Positions 8,001 through 17,359 of a stretch of 59,935 nucleotides of DNA are shown piece after piece. The notes beneath the pieces are model-generated. The model saw only the letters and a program-made list of their open reading frames with translations. It was not told the origin of the DNA and did not search any database. Positions within the stretch are counted from its first letter, which is position 1. Each line of letters opens with the position of its first letter. The position numbers were made by a program, and so were the translations under genes. The stretch is from Candidatus Parcubacteria bacterium (GTDB lineage: Bacteria > Patescibacteriota > Minisyncoccia > Phycocordibacterales > UBA918): positions 1 through 59,935 of the forward strand of contig JAKFXN010000006.1 of NCBI GenBank assembly GCA_021731405.1. Direction: 5' to 3'.

Positions 8001-10706
8001 ATGGCCTCACTTATAGACAAAATTGATGTTATAAATGCAAAAATTAACAAGAACATCGTTCTCCTTGCGGAAAAAGAACGCGGTTTAGCTTCACAATCAA
8101 TTTTAGATGACTTACGTGACTTAGTTGAGCATACTGCTGTCTTAATTTTTAAAGGCCCTGATTCTGAGATTGGATTTGATCTAATAAAGGAAAGTCTTAA
8201 CCATATTCGAGAGTTTTCTAAATACAGCTTCCTTTATAAACTGCACAGTAGACTGAACCTAGCTATTTCTCATTATGAACCTAATGAGAGCGATGCTGAA
8301 ATGCTGATGTTGAGCTATATGCACAACTTGTTCCTTATCAAAAAGTTCTACATAGAAATATATAAACACCACATACTTCAAGATTTAAGGAACTATCCTT
8401 TAAATCTCGATCCAGGTCTTTCAAACTATTACAAGGCAATCATTGAAAAGATTAACGCCAATGATTATGAGGCAGTGTCCGACAGAAATGATTTTTATAT
8501 TGACCGAGTAAAACCTCTAATTATTGAGAATGATCTTTACTATGAGGTAACCTTTAGGCCTGCGACGAACAATTTTGCTAAGTTCAATAAAACAGTTGCC
8601 TATACTAAACAAAGAATTACAGCAAACTATGCTCTAAGACTCACTTTAGCTAAAACACAAATAAATGTATTCGATACAAAATCACGAGCATTGATTATCT
8701 TGGATTATGAAATCTCCATACGACCTTGTGAGATACAACATCTGGGAATGATTTTTAATCGAAGCTTCACATTCAATAGTAGAAAGGGAGAGTACCCAAA
8801 CCTTATGGAAGCTCTTAAAATTGGGCAGTTTACATTATTAGAAGCTGTGATGCTACCTGAACAAAGATACGAGAAATTCAAGGAATTTTTAAGAAAGGAT
8901 ACTAATTCAGTAAAGATTCAGTACGTTCTTGATAAATGTCGAGGAATTATCCTAAACAAGGGAGATGGAACGAATGTGTTGCGATACCTTCTTGCTAACC
9001 TAAACAATGTAGTAATAAAAAATCAACTCTTTCATAATTCAAGTGGAATACTTTCAGGACTGTATTTAAAGAATGGGTGTAAGGTATTTGACGACATGCC
9101 GTTTTGTTCGTCGTTGAAATATCATAACCCTACTAAGCTCTCCCTTATGGACTGCATAGAACCCGAAGGTAGAGCACATGAGTTTTTTGCTAGACGGGTG
9201 AGTCAGAATATTAGAACTAAAAAGATTCTATATACATCAATTGATGAGCTAAGCCAAACCTATGATATCGATAAGGAAATAGCTATTTTCAATTCAAAAA
9301 TTTGGCGAGGACACAGACCTGACCGTGAACTTAAAAAGTATTCTAAGTTTATCTATGAGCATGGTACTGAAAATGATTGCCACCAGATACATACTAAACT
9401 CCTAGAGTTATCTCAATCAGGAATCGAGGATTATCAAGTACTCATTGATTTATGGCTAGGTCAGCAAGACATCGAGATTATTGATTCCAATCAGAAACGC
9501 CAAGTATTGAGGGATCTTTTTGCAGGATCTCACGTGGCACTTATTTATGGGTCAGCAGGTACTGGAAAAACTCGAATGATTGAATATATTGATGACGTTT
9601 TTCTTGCTGAAAAGAAAGTGTTTCTATCCAATACAAATGCATCTGTAAATAATCTTAAAAACAGAATTGGTGAAAGCGATAAACACACCTTCTCAACGAT
9701 TGCTTCGTATTTATACAATATCGATGATTACGATAAGACAGATATATTATTTATCGACGAATGCAGCACGGTATGCAACGACGATTTACTACAAATTTTA
9801 AACTATAAAAAGTTTAATAAAATTGTCCTTGTTGGAGATGTGTACCAGATTGAGTCAATTGACTTTGGTAACTGGTTTTACTTATGTAAAAATTTACTCC
9901 CCACACATTGTGTCTTTGAACTTGATGATACTCACCGGACCAGAAAAGAAGATCTTAAAAATTATTGGAATGCTGTGCGTAATTCTGATGAGAGTGTCCC
10001 CGAGATTGCATCAAGAGGTCACTTCACCAAACCAATTGATCAGTTCGTAAAAAGTTATACGACTAGCGAAGATCAGATTGTGCTGTGTCTAAACTATGAC
10101 GGTTTATATGGAATTAACAACTTGAATAAATTACTTCAGGAAAAGAATCCCAATGAAGGAATAGATTGGGGAGTTCACAGCTATAAAGTTGGTGATCCAA
10201 TTATCTTTACTGAGTCGTCAAGATTCGCTCCTGTTTTGTATAACAATTTAAAGGGACACATAGCAAAAATTACTCCTAACGGCACAGAGATACAGTTTGA
10301 GGTAATAATTGCATATACACCTAATCCATTTGATGCATACAGCCGAAATGTAGAGCTACTAGAGAATCTGCCTGATGGTAAATCAAAAATTAGATTTTCT
10401 GTAAATCGTCTAGAGAACGTCGATGAGGATTTAGATGATTCTGATAGAATGGTGCCGTTCCAAGTATCTTATGCTACATCAATCCATAAAGCTCAAGGTC
10501 TTGAATATAAAACAGTAAAGCTTGTTTTTGTTGATGAAGTACAAGACATGGTTACTCATAGTATCTTCTATACAGCCATAACGAGAGCCAAAGAAAACCT
10601 TGAAATTTACTGGTCTCCTGAAACAGCGAGTAAAGTCTACGAAAAAATTAAATCAAATCTTAATCAACAAGACGCGAATATATTTAGAAATAAGTTTGGA
10701 TTATAA
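8001..10706 (+). CDS. RecD-like SF1B helicase with a long uncharacterised N-terminal region
   Basis: GSAGTGKT, LFIDECS, VGDVYQIESI, YATSIHKAQGLEY, YTAITRAK; visibly more AT-rich than flanking core genes. Confidence 0.88.
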   Translation: MASLIDKIDVINAKINKNIVLLAEKERGLASQSILDDLRDLVEHTAVLIFKGPDSEIGFDLIKESLNHIREFSKYSFLYKLHSRLNLAISHYEPNESDAEMLMLSYMHNLFLIKKFYIEIYKHHILQDLRNYPLNLDPGLSNYYKAIIEKINANDYEAVSDRNDFYIDRVKPLIIENDLYYEVTFRPATNNFAKFNKTVAYTKQRITANYALRLTLAKTQINVFDTKSRALIILDYEISIRPCEIQHLGMIFNRSFTFNSRKGEYPNLMEALKIGQFTLLEAVMLPEQRYEKFKEFLRKDTNSVKIQYVLDKCRGIILNKGDGTNVLRYLLANLNNVVIKNQLFHNSSGILSGLYLKNGCKVFDDMPFCSSLKYHNPTKLSLMDCIEPEGRAHEFFARRVSQNIRTKKILYTSIDELSQTYDIDKEIAIFNSKIWRGHRPDRELKKYSKFIYEHGTENDCHQIHTKLLELSQSGIEDYQVLIDLWLGQQDIEIIDSNQKRQVLRDLFAGSHVALIYGSAGTGKTRMIEYIDDVFLAEKKVFLSNTNASVNNLKNRIGESDKHTFSTIASYLYNIDDYDKTDILFIDECSTVCNDDLLQILNYKKFNKIVLVGDVYQIESIDFGNWFYLCKNLLPTHCVFELDDTHRTRKEDLKNYWNAVRNSDESVPEIASRGHFTKPIDQFVKSYTTSEDQIVLCLNYDGLYGINNLNKLLQEKNPNEGIDWGVHSYKVGDPIIFTESSRFAPVLYNNLKGHIAKITPNGTEIQFEVIIAYTPNPFDAYSRNVELLENLPDGKSKIRFSVNRLENVDEDLDDSDRMVPFQVSYATSIHKAQGLEYKTVKLVFVDEVQDMVTHSIFYTAITRAKENLEIYWSPETASKVYEKIKSNLNQQDANIFRNKFGL

Positions 10707-10831
10707 GAAAAGAACCGACCTATCACAGTTGTGTAAAAAGTGTCACTTTTGTCACTTATTAATGAGCACGAGACCCTTCGATTTCTGAACCTTGGAGATA
10801 GCTAAACGGTCAAGCCCTGCTTGACCGTTTA

Positions 10832-10857
10832 CGGTTCTTGCCCGAGACCGCCCGCCA
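10832..10857 (+). other. tRNA-3'-end-like remnant (candidate attR)
   Basis: CGG-TTCTTGC-CCGAG-ACCGCCC-G-CCA resembles a T-arm, acceptor 3' strand, discriminator and CCA; no D or anticodon arm upstream. Confidence 0.35.
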
Positions 10858-10893
10858 AAATAAAAACACCCACATTTGTGGGTGTTTTTATTT
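10858..10893. terminator. Bidirectional intrinsic terminator
   Basis: AAATAAAAACACCCACA-TT-TGTGGGTGTTTTTATTT inverted repeat. Confidence 0.8.
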
Positions 10894-10901
10894 GTGTTTG
10901 A

Positions 10902-11627
10902 TTACTGATTAAGCACTGTCGAGATAAGCTGCTTAACCGAGGCAAGTGACTGCGCACCATTTATTGGATACGTCTTCCCGTCTGGCCCTATCAAGATACT
11001 CCACGGCGTTCCTGTTCCCCCAGTCTCACTTGCATTGGCGATATCTGATGAAATTTGTTGTTGGTACTTGTTGGTTACTTGGCAACTTTTGAAAACAGCC
11101 GTATCAAGTTTTAGTTCAGTAGCAATCTGTGGAATTACCACCTCAAGGTCAGTTCGATTATTTGTGAGAGTCAATTCAAAGTAGCGGTCAGCGAATTTCC
11201 AAAATGTCTCGTCCCCTCCTTGCTCAGCCGCACACTCAGAAGCCAGCGCAGCTGCATACGCCTTTACGGGATGCAGTTGTTCAAGCGGATATTGTCTGAA
11301 CACCCAAGCCACTTCCCCTTCGCTGTACTCATCCATCAGCTCTCGCATCGTGTTATGGAAGCGTTGGCAGAACGGACATTCAAAATCTGAGTACGTCACA
11401 ATAGTAATCGGTGCATCAATTGGCCCTCGCACATAATCTTCTTCAGTCACACTGCGAACTAGATTTGTTTTATCCGCCGGCGGCGTCACTACAGGCTTTA
11501 CTTCTACCGCCGGATTTTTTGCCAAACTCAGATAAATAGAGGTGGCCACAAGGAGACTCCCAAGCACAATCGAAATTGGTATGGCGTAAGGATTTGGCTG
11601 CTTATACGTACTTTGTTGTTCTTCCAT
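10902..11627 (-). CDS. DsbA/BdbD-like oxidoreductase (copy 2)
   Basis: YSDFECPFC, GTPWSIL, INGAQ; clear paralog of 729-1502. Confidence 0.9.
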   Translation of the reverse strand: MEEQQSTYKQPNPYAIPISIVLGSLLVATSIYLSLAKNPAVEVKPVVTPPADKTNLVRSVTEEDYVRGPIDAPITIVTYSDFECPFCQRFHNTMRELMDEYSEGEVAWVFRQYPLEQLHPVKAYAAALASECAAEQGGDETFWKFADRYFELTLTNNRTDLEVVIPQIATELKLDTAVFKSCQVTNKYQQQISSDIANASETGGTGTPWSILIGPDGKTYPINGAQSLASVKQLISTVLNQ

Positions 11628-11734
11628 GACAGATTCAATTTTACACTTGTAACCAAAGCACCAACTTGTGCTTTTAAGCAGTATATCGCAACCAAGAATT
11701 TTATGCTGCTTATCAGGTATGATACTGTTTTTGT

Positions 11735-13060
11735 ATGTCTACAAATCCCTTGTCTACTTTTTATGCGCTTTTGGGTAATACCTTAATCGCAAGTATCACC
11801 AATGCCTTTATCTGGTTTACTGTCACCTTCTGGGCGTATCTAGAGACAGAATCTGTACTGGCTGTTTCATATGTAGCCGGTATTTTTACTGTTCTCAACA
11901 TGGTTTCGTCGGTCTTTTTTGGAGGTATCGTAGATCATAATCGTAAGAAAACCGCTATGGTTTATTCGAGTATTGCCTCACTTATATTTTACATTCTTGG
12001 TGCCTTAGTATTTTTCCTAGCCCCTTCAGAAAACTTCAGCAGTCCGGGAGAACCCTTCTTTTGGTTCTTTGTGATACTCCTTATTATGGGAAGTGTAGCT
12101 GGAAACTTGCGCATGATCGCACTTTCTACCAGCGTGTCCCTTTTGTTTACTGCTCACAAAGACAAAGCGAATGGACTTATTGGAGCAGTACAAGGCGTCT
12201 CATTCGCCGTAACTTCTATCTTGAGTGGAATCACGATGGGTTTTTATGGGATGGGTACTGCTCTTTATATGACCCTAATTGCGAGCACCATCGCGCTTAT
12301 ACATCTCTGCTTTGTATCCTTACCAGAACCAACCATACTGCACGATAGTGAAACACCTAAAAAACTCGACTTGAAAGGAACATGGTTTGTAGTACTCGGT
12401 GTATCAGGTCTCCTTCCTCTTATTTTCTTTACCACCTTCAACAACTTCCTTGGCGGGGTATTCATGGCACTCATGGATGCGTATGGACTTTCGCTTATGT
12501 CGGTTGAGGCTTGGGGAACCATGCTTTCGTTTTTGAGTATTGGTTTTATTGCGGGAACAAGTTTTATTGCCAAGTTTGGCTTAGGAGCAAATCCCCTGAA
12601 ACGCATGTTACTGGTAAACGTCATTGTTTGGACAACGTGTATTTTTTTCACCATCCAACCATCAATTCTTTTGCTGGGAATCGGAATGCTTATCTGGATG
12701 ACATTTGTGCCGTTTATCGAAGCAGCAGAGCATACAGTAATTCAACAAGTAGTTCCTTTTGAGCGACAAGGGAGAGTCATCGGATTTGCCCACAGTATTG
12801 AGTCCGCAGCCACTCCAATTACCACGTTCCTTATTGGACCAATTGCTCAATTTATCTTTATTCCGTTTATGACCACTGGGGCTGGAGTACTCTTGATTGG
12901 CGACTGGTTTGGTACGGGTGCAGACCGAGGGATTGCCCTTGTATTCATTATCTCCGGCTTCCTTGGACTGATTGCTACCCTCCTCGCTTTCCATTCTCGC
13001 TCATACAAAAAACTCTCCGCTCATCTTATAAAGCAGGCCGTGGATTCTAAGGCTCTCTAA
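11735..13060 (+). CDS. MFS transporter (DHA3-like)
   Basis: About 12 TM helices, GGIVDHNRKK motif A, QGRVIG in the C-terminal half. Confidence 0.88.
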   Translation: MSTNPLSTFYALLGNTLIASITNAFIWFTVTFWAYLETESVLAVSYVAGIFTVLNMVSSVFFGGIVDHNRKKTAMVYSSIASLIFYILGALVFFLAPSENFSSPGEPFFWFFVILLIMGSVAGNLRMIALSTSVSLLFTAHKDKANGLIGAVQGVSFAVTSILSGITMGFYGMGTALYMTLIASTIALIHLCFVSLPEPTILHDSETPKKLDLKGTWFVVLGVSGLLPLIFFTTFNNFLGGVFMALMDAYGLSLMSVEAWGTMLSFLSIGFIAGTSFIAKFGLGANPLKRMLLVNVIVWTTCIFFTIQPSILLLGIGMLIWMTFVPFIEAAEHTVIQQVVPFERQGRVIGFAHSIESAATPITTFLIGPIAQFIFIPFMTTGAGVLLIGDWFGTGADRGIALVFIISGFLGLIATLLAFHSRSYKKLSAHLIKQAVDSKAL

Positions 13061-13061
13061 A

Positions 13062-13499
13062 TTATTCTTTACTTGAGCAATTAATCATCCAGCATACGCC
13101 GAACTTATCGACGCATGACCCAAAATAATCACCCCAAAACATTTCTTGCATTGGCATATCAATCTTGCCCTCAAGTGAGAGCGCTGCAAATAACGAATCC
13201 GCCTCACCCTTAGTATCTGGTTCAAGATTAATGTAGGCATTGTTACCCATAGCCACCTTGAAGCCCATTGATTGTGGTGCGTCTGAGCCCATGAGTACAA
13301 AATCTCCAAAAATCGGGAGAGCCACATGCATGACGAGATTTTTGTCTTCCTCACTAAGTTCTGGTGCCCCTTCTTGTGGTGGCACTTCCCCCATTCTAGC
13401 GATTGGTGCTACAAATTCCGTACCAAATACTTGCTTGTAGTAATTGAATGCTTCTTCGGTGCCACGCTCGAAGTTGAGATAAAGACTAACTTTTGCCAT
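13062..13499 (-). CDS. VOC / PhnB family protein
   Basis: YLNF...EEAFNYYKQVFG, VMHVAL, MFWGDYFGSCVDKFGVCWMIN. Confidence 0.9.
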   Translation of the reverse strand: MAKVSLYLNFERGTEEAFNYYKQVFGTEFVAPIARMGEVPPQEGAPELSEEDKNLVMHVALPIFGDFVLMGSDAPQSMGFKVAMGNNAYINLEPDTKGEADSLFAALSLEGKIDMPMQEMFWGDYFGSCVDKFGVCWMINCSSKE

Positions 13500-13560
13500 A
13501 TCAATGTTACTTATTCTTTTAGGCTTTAAGTGTACTCCCGTAAAGATAAGCTGTCACATA

Positions 13561-13593
13561 TAAAAAGCCTCGAATCAGATTCGAGGCTTTTTA
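13561..13593. terminator. rpsT terminator
   Basis: 16-bp perfect inverted repeat TAAAAAGCCTCGAATC-A-GATTCGAGGCTTTTTA. Confidence 0.85.
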
Positions 13594-13857
13594 TTATTTG
13601 ACTGACTTTACGCGAGCGGTCAGGCGAGACTTCTTGCGAGCAGCTGTGTTGTCTTTGATGACACCACGCTTTGCTGCCTTATCAATCGCTTTGTATGCTT
13701 GTGGCAAAAGTTCTTTTGCTTTTGCAGCATCTCCAGCTGATACAGCTTTGTTTACACTTTTAACGACATCACTCATAACGCTTTTTCGGCGAACGTTGAA
13801 GATGTGCTTCTTTTTTGACTGGCGATTAGCCTTTTCTGCTCCTTTAGTTATCGGCAT
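13594..13857 (-). CDS. rpsT: 30S ribosomal protein S20
   Basis: MPITKGAEKANRQS...AIDKAAKRGVIKDNTAARKKSRL. Confidence 0.97.
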   Translation of the reverse strand: MPITKGAEKANRQSKKKHIFNVRRKSVMSDVVKSVNKAVSAGDAAKAKELLPQAYKAIDKAAKRGVIKDNTAARKKSRLTARVKSVK

Positions 13858-13879
13858 ATGATTTATTTAACGTGGCAGC

Positions 13880-13908
13880 ACTATACGGTATTGGGAACAA
13901 AAAAGCAA
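13880..13908 (-). promoter_or_regulatory. rpsT promoter
   Basis: TTGCTT-17-TATAGT; the same hexamers and spacing occur upstream of rpsO. Confidence 0.7.
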
Positions 13909-13951
13909 GATATTTTCATTATCTAGGCTACTTGTGTACAATTGAAGCACC

Positions 13952-14539
13952 ATGATTCGTTCACTTGAAGGAACTGTCTCCTTTTTAGGGGAAAACAATG
14001 TGGTTGTCGTTGTGTATGGTGTTGGATACCTTGTCTATACCCCCACCGCTCGGGGGCAATTTGTGCCTGGGGAGACTGTTTTTTTGCATACCTATCAAGT
14101 GGTTCGAGAAACAGCCCTTGATTTATATGGTTTTTTAGACAAAGACGAGCTTACGTTTTTTGAATTACTCCTTGATGTCCCTAAAATTGGCCCTAAGTCA
14201 GCCCTCCAAATTTTGTGCCAGGCGGACGTTTTTCTACTGGGAACTGCAATTATGGAACAGGATCCTGAGCACCTCTCAAAAATGTCGGGGATTGGTAAAA
14301 AAACTGCCAGTAATCTCGTATCTCATCTCGCCGGAAAGGTAGATAATCTTTTTACAGTAGACAGCCTCAAACACCCTACCCAGACGCAGCTTTCAGAGGC
14401 TCAAACAGACGCCATTGACGCGCTTATTACCCTTGGCTACGACCCACGCGAGGCTCGTACGTATGTACTCAAGGAAGATAAAAATGAAGATACGAAGACC
14501 TTAGTACAGGCTGTTTTGAAGCATATACCAATTCCGTAA
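13952..14539 (+). CDS. ruvA: Holliday junction branch migration protein RuvA
   Basis: GVGYLV, LYGF, VPKIGPKSAL, GIGKKTA, DALITLGY. Confidence 0.95.
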   Translation: MIRSLEGTVSFLGENNVVVVVYGVGYLVYTPTARGQFVPGETVFLHTYQVVRETALDLYGFLDKDELTFFELLLDVPKIGPKSALQILCQADVFLLGTAIMEQDPEHLSKMSGIGKKTASNLVSHLAGKVDNLFTVDSLKHPTQTQLSEAQTDAIDALITLGYDPREARTYVLKEDKNEDTKTLVQAVLKHIPIP

Positions 14540-14588
14540 CTTTTTTAGTTGTATTTTGGCAAATAAATAGTTTGTCCGTATACTATAG

Positions 14589-15875
14589 ATGTATATGGCA
14601 CACTTTCTTTCATTCATTAAACGCGCGGTGCCAAAAGAAATCTTGGAAATTCTCCGCCCACCCTACCATTTTTTCCTAGCCTATTTGTCAGCTCTGTACT
14701 TTCGACATCCTTCACGAGAGATTATGCTCATTGGTGTTACTGGCACCAAAGGAAAATCGACTGTGACAGAGATTTTAACTCGCATTTTAGAAACAGAAGG
14801 CCATAAAGTTGCTTCTTTATCGACCATCCAATTTAAAATTGGTGACAAGAAAGAACGAAACTTACATAAGATGACCATGCCGGGGCGTTTTTTTGTGCAG
14901 CATTTTTTGCGCCAGGCAGTAGACGCGGGGTGTACTCACGCCATTGTTGAAATTACATCTGAAGGTGCCAAACAATACCGTCATCGCTTTTTAGAACTTG
15001 ATGCGCTTATCTTTACTAATCTCACTCCTGAGCACATCGAGTCACATGGTTCATTTGAAAAATATAAGCAAGCCAAGCTCTCAATTGCCAAAAGAGTAAG
15101 TGCGTCCAAAAAGAAGCCTCGCTACCTAGTAGCCAACACTGACGACGAGCACGGTTCGGCCTTTTTGAATTTCACTGTTGAATATCAGTTACCGTACGGA
15201 CTCAAAGATCTCTCTTTATACTCTCTTCATAAAGACAGTATTAGTCTTGTCTTTGGTGAAACAACACTTAGGGTACCACTCATTGGGCTTTTTAATGTGT
15301 ACAACGTATTGGCCGCAATTACCCTAGCTCGAGCTCTGGGTATTTCCTTTAAAACCATTGATAATGCTCTACGAGAGCTCCCACCAGTAGCCGGACGAGT
15401 AGAGCAATTCACGAGTCCTAAGGATGCCATCAAGTCAGTGACGGCTGTGGTTGACTACGCCCACACTCCAGATTCACTCACAAAGCTCTACGAAGCCTTC
15501 CCTGATACTCACAAGGTTTGTGTACTTGGAAATACCGGCGGCGGAAGAGATAGTTGGAAGCGACCCGAAATGGGGGCAATCGCAGAGCGCTACTGTGATT
15601 ATATTATTTTGACCAACGAAGATCCGTACGACGAAAACCCACGCGTTATTGTTGAGCAAATGGCAAAAGCGATTGTCGACAAGAGCAAGCTAGAGATTAT
15701 TATGGATAGACGACTCGCCATAGCAACCGCCCTTGAGCGAACAATAGACGGTGGACACGTGATTGTCTCAGGAAAAGGAACAGATCCATACATCATGGGG
15801 CCGCGCGGTACAAAGACTATTTGGAGTGATGCAGAAGTAGTCAAAGAAGAGCTACAAAACCTACCAAGACACTAG
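14589..15875 (+). CDS. murE: MurE-family UDP-MurNAc-dipeptide ligase
   Basis: GVTGTKGKST, EITSEG, FTNLTPEHIESHG, FNVYN, GRVE, VDYAHTPD. Confidence 0.85.
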   Translation: MYMAHFLSFIKRAVPKEILEILRPPYHFFLAYLSALYFRHPSREIMLIGVTGTKGKSTVTEILTRILETEGHKVASLSTIQFKIGDKKERNLHKMTMPGRFFVQHFLRQAVDAGCTHAIVEITSEGAKQYRHRFLELDALIFTNLTPEHIESHGSFEKYKQAKLSIAKRVSASKKKPRYLVANTDDEHGSAFLNFTVEYQLPYGLKDLSLYSLHKDSISLVFGETTLRVPLIGLFNVYNVLAAITLARALGISFKTIDNALRELPPVAGRVEQFTSPKDAIKSVTAVVDYAHTPDSLTKLYEAFPDTHKVCVLGNTGGGRDSWKRPEMGAIAERYCDYIILTNEDPYDENPRVIVEQMAKAIVDKSKLEIIMDRRLAIATALERTIDGGHVIVSGKGTDPYIMGPRGTKTIWSDAEVVKEELQNLPRH

Positions 15876-17357
15876 ACTCACTTCCCAACTTTCACCCCTC
15901 TCCTTGAGAGTTGGTTCAACTTTTTTCCCCACTTTTGTATACAAGGCACCTTTGGCCATATTGGCGGCGCTCACTATCGGTACCCCGCTCCAAAGTGCCT
16001 GCATCTTCAGCATCACATCTTGTTGTTGCCATAATATTTCTGACTCATGAAACCAAGCATGAGAAATTGGGTGGACAATAAAAAGAATATCCCGTTGTTC
16101 TGTTAACCGCACCGCTGCTTTTGGATCCGCACTTTCAAAACAGAATAAAATTCCCGGGACAATACTCGGCAACTCAGCTTGGCTATTTTCTGGCCCAGGT
16201 ACATAGGTAAATCGTTGCCCTAACGTATCAGAAACAGACCCTAAGCCCATGAGCCTTAGACTGCCGCTATAAAAATACGGCATAAACTCTCCTTGGGGTA
16301 CAAGGTACTGTTTGTCGGTAATCCACCCCCGCTTACTCTGTCCGTCATATATGTAAGCACGCTGGGTAAACACTCCACCAGGAAGTGGTGTTCTACCTGT
16401 ATCAATAACAATTGTTTCTGGGTCAGAGTGCTTAAATCTAAAAAAATTATACGCTCGGGCAATACCAAGCTCTGTATTGGTATAACGAGAATCTTCTGGC
16501 AAGAGAATGTAGTCGGGATTAAGCAGTAGTGCCGCTTCGACCGCAGCGTTAATTTGTTCTGCTTTGTACTCGTACCGATTTTCTTTTTTGAGCCACTCAT
16601 CTCCAAAACGAGTATCAATAACTGCGACGGTTGTTTCACCTTCAATCATTTCATTCGCCTTTTCTACAGAAACATTTCCACGACTCCCCCATACAATAAG
16701 TGTACACACGAGAATAAGTATCCCCGCCCTTTGTCTTGGTAACCTACAGTAAGTAAACCAAATTCCATATCCCAAAAATGCCCCAAGGACAGATAGACCA
16801 TAAACTCCTGCAAGAGACGCTAGCGATAGTAAAATTTGATGCTGGCCAAATATGTAGCCAAGATACCCAAGACTATAGACACTATTGATGGTAGCTCCTG
16901 GTCCAAACGTCCAGAGCGAAAAAGAAAGAGCACTAACTACTTCACCAAAGACCCACACCAGTGGAAGCCATACAAAACCCGCAACCATAGGAAGTCCCCG
17001 TGATAACAAAAAACTTAGCCCAGAGACAAACACCCCGCCAAAAGACAGAAAGAAGGCCACACTAAACCAGTAGAGACCCACAATAAAAACTTCAGCGTTT
17101 CCAAAAGAGATTTCAAGCCAATTAATTGGATAGACACTCCAAAAGAGAGATACTGCCAAGAGAGACTTTACGCACCAAGCCAATCCCCCACCAAGTAGTG
17201 CTGTCTTTAGAGTTGTCGTATTTTTTAGACACCAAATAAAAACTGCTACTCCAAATAAACCTAAAATCCATAGTGTCGGATACACAAAACTAATTCCGAG
17301 AAGCAGGCCACTTACTCCGTACATGACTAGCCGGTAGCGCGAAAGCAAAGTATCCAT
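15861..17357 (-). CDS. lnt: Apolipoprotein N-acyltransferase-like protein
   Basis: Multi-TM N-terminus plus nitrilase domain with E-K-C triad: LLPED, DKQYLVPQGEFMP, ILFCFES. Confidence 0.8.
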   Translation of the reverse strand: MDTLLSRYRLVMYGVSGLLLGISFVYPTLWILGLFGVAVFIWCLKNTTTLKTALLGGGLAWCVKSLLAVSLFWSVYPINWLEISFGNAEVFIVGLYWFSVAFFLSFGGVFVSGLSFLLSRGLPMVAGFVWLPLVWVFGEVVSALSFSLWTFGPGATINSVYSLGYLGYIFGQHQILLSLASLAGVYGLSVLGAFLGYGIWFTYCRLPRQRAGILILVCTLIVWGSRGNVSVEKANEMIEGETTVAVIDTRFGDEWLKKENRYEYKAEQINAAVEAALLLNPDYILLPEDSRYTNTELGIARAYNFFRFKHSDPETIVIDTGRTPLPGGVFTQRAYIYDGQSKRGWITDKQYLVPQGEFMPYFYSGSLRLMGLGSVSDTLGQRFTYVPGPENSQAELPSIVPGILFCFESADPKAAVRLTEQRDILFIVHPISHAWFHESEILWQQQDVMLKMQALWSGVPIVSAANMAKGALYTKVGKKVEPTLKERGESWEVSLVSW

Positions 17358-17359
17358 AT

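Larger units (their letters stand above)
2089..10857. mobile_element. Serine-recombinase genomic island (left boundary uncertain, may extend beyond position 1)
   Basis: LSR, TerS-like HTH, ParB-MTase, ARH and an AT-rich helicase; tRNA-3'-like sequence at 10832-10857; no core genes inside. Confidence 0.65.

Noticed and set aside
2089-10706. Intact prophage
   Set aside because: No large terminase, portal, capsid, tail or lysis genes.
10760-10857. Functional tRNA gene
   Set aside because: No acceptor 5' strand, D-arm or anticodon arm, and the T-loop is non-canonical (TTCTTGC).
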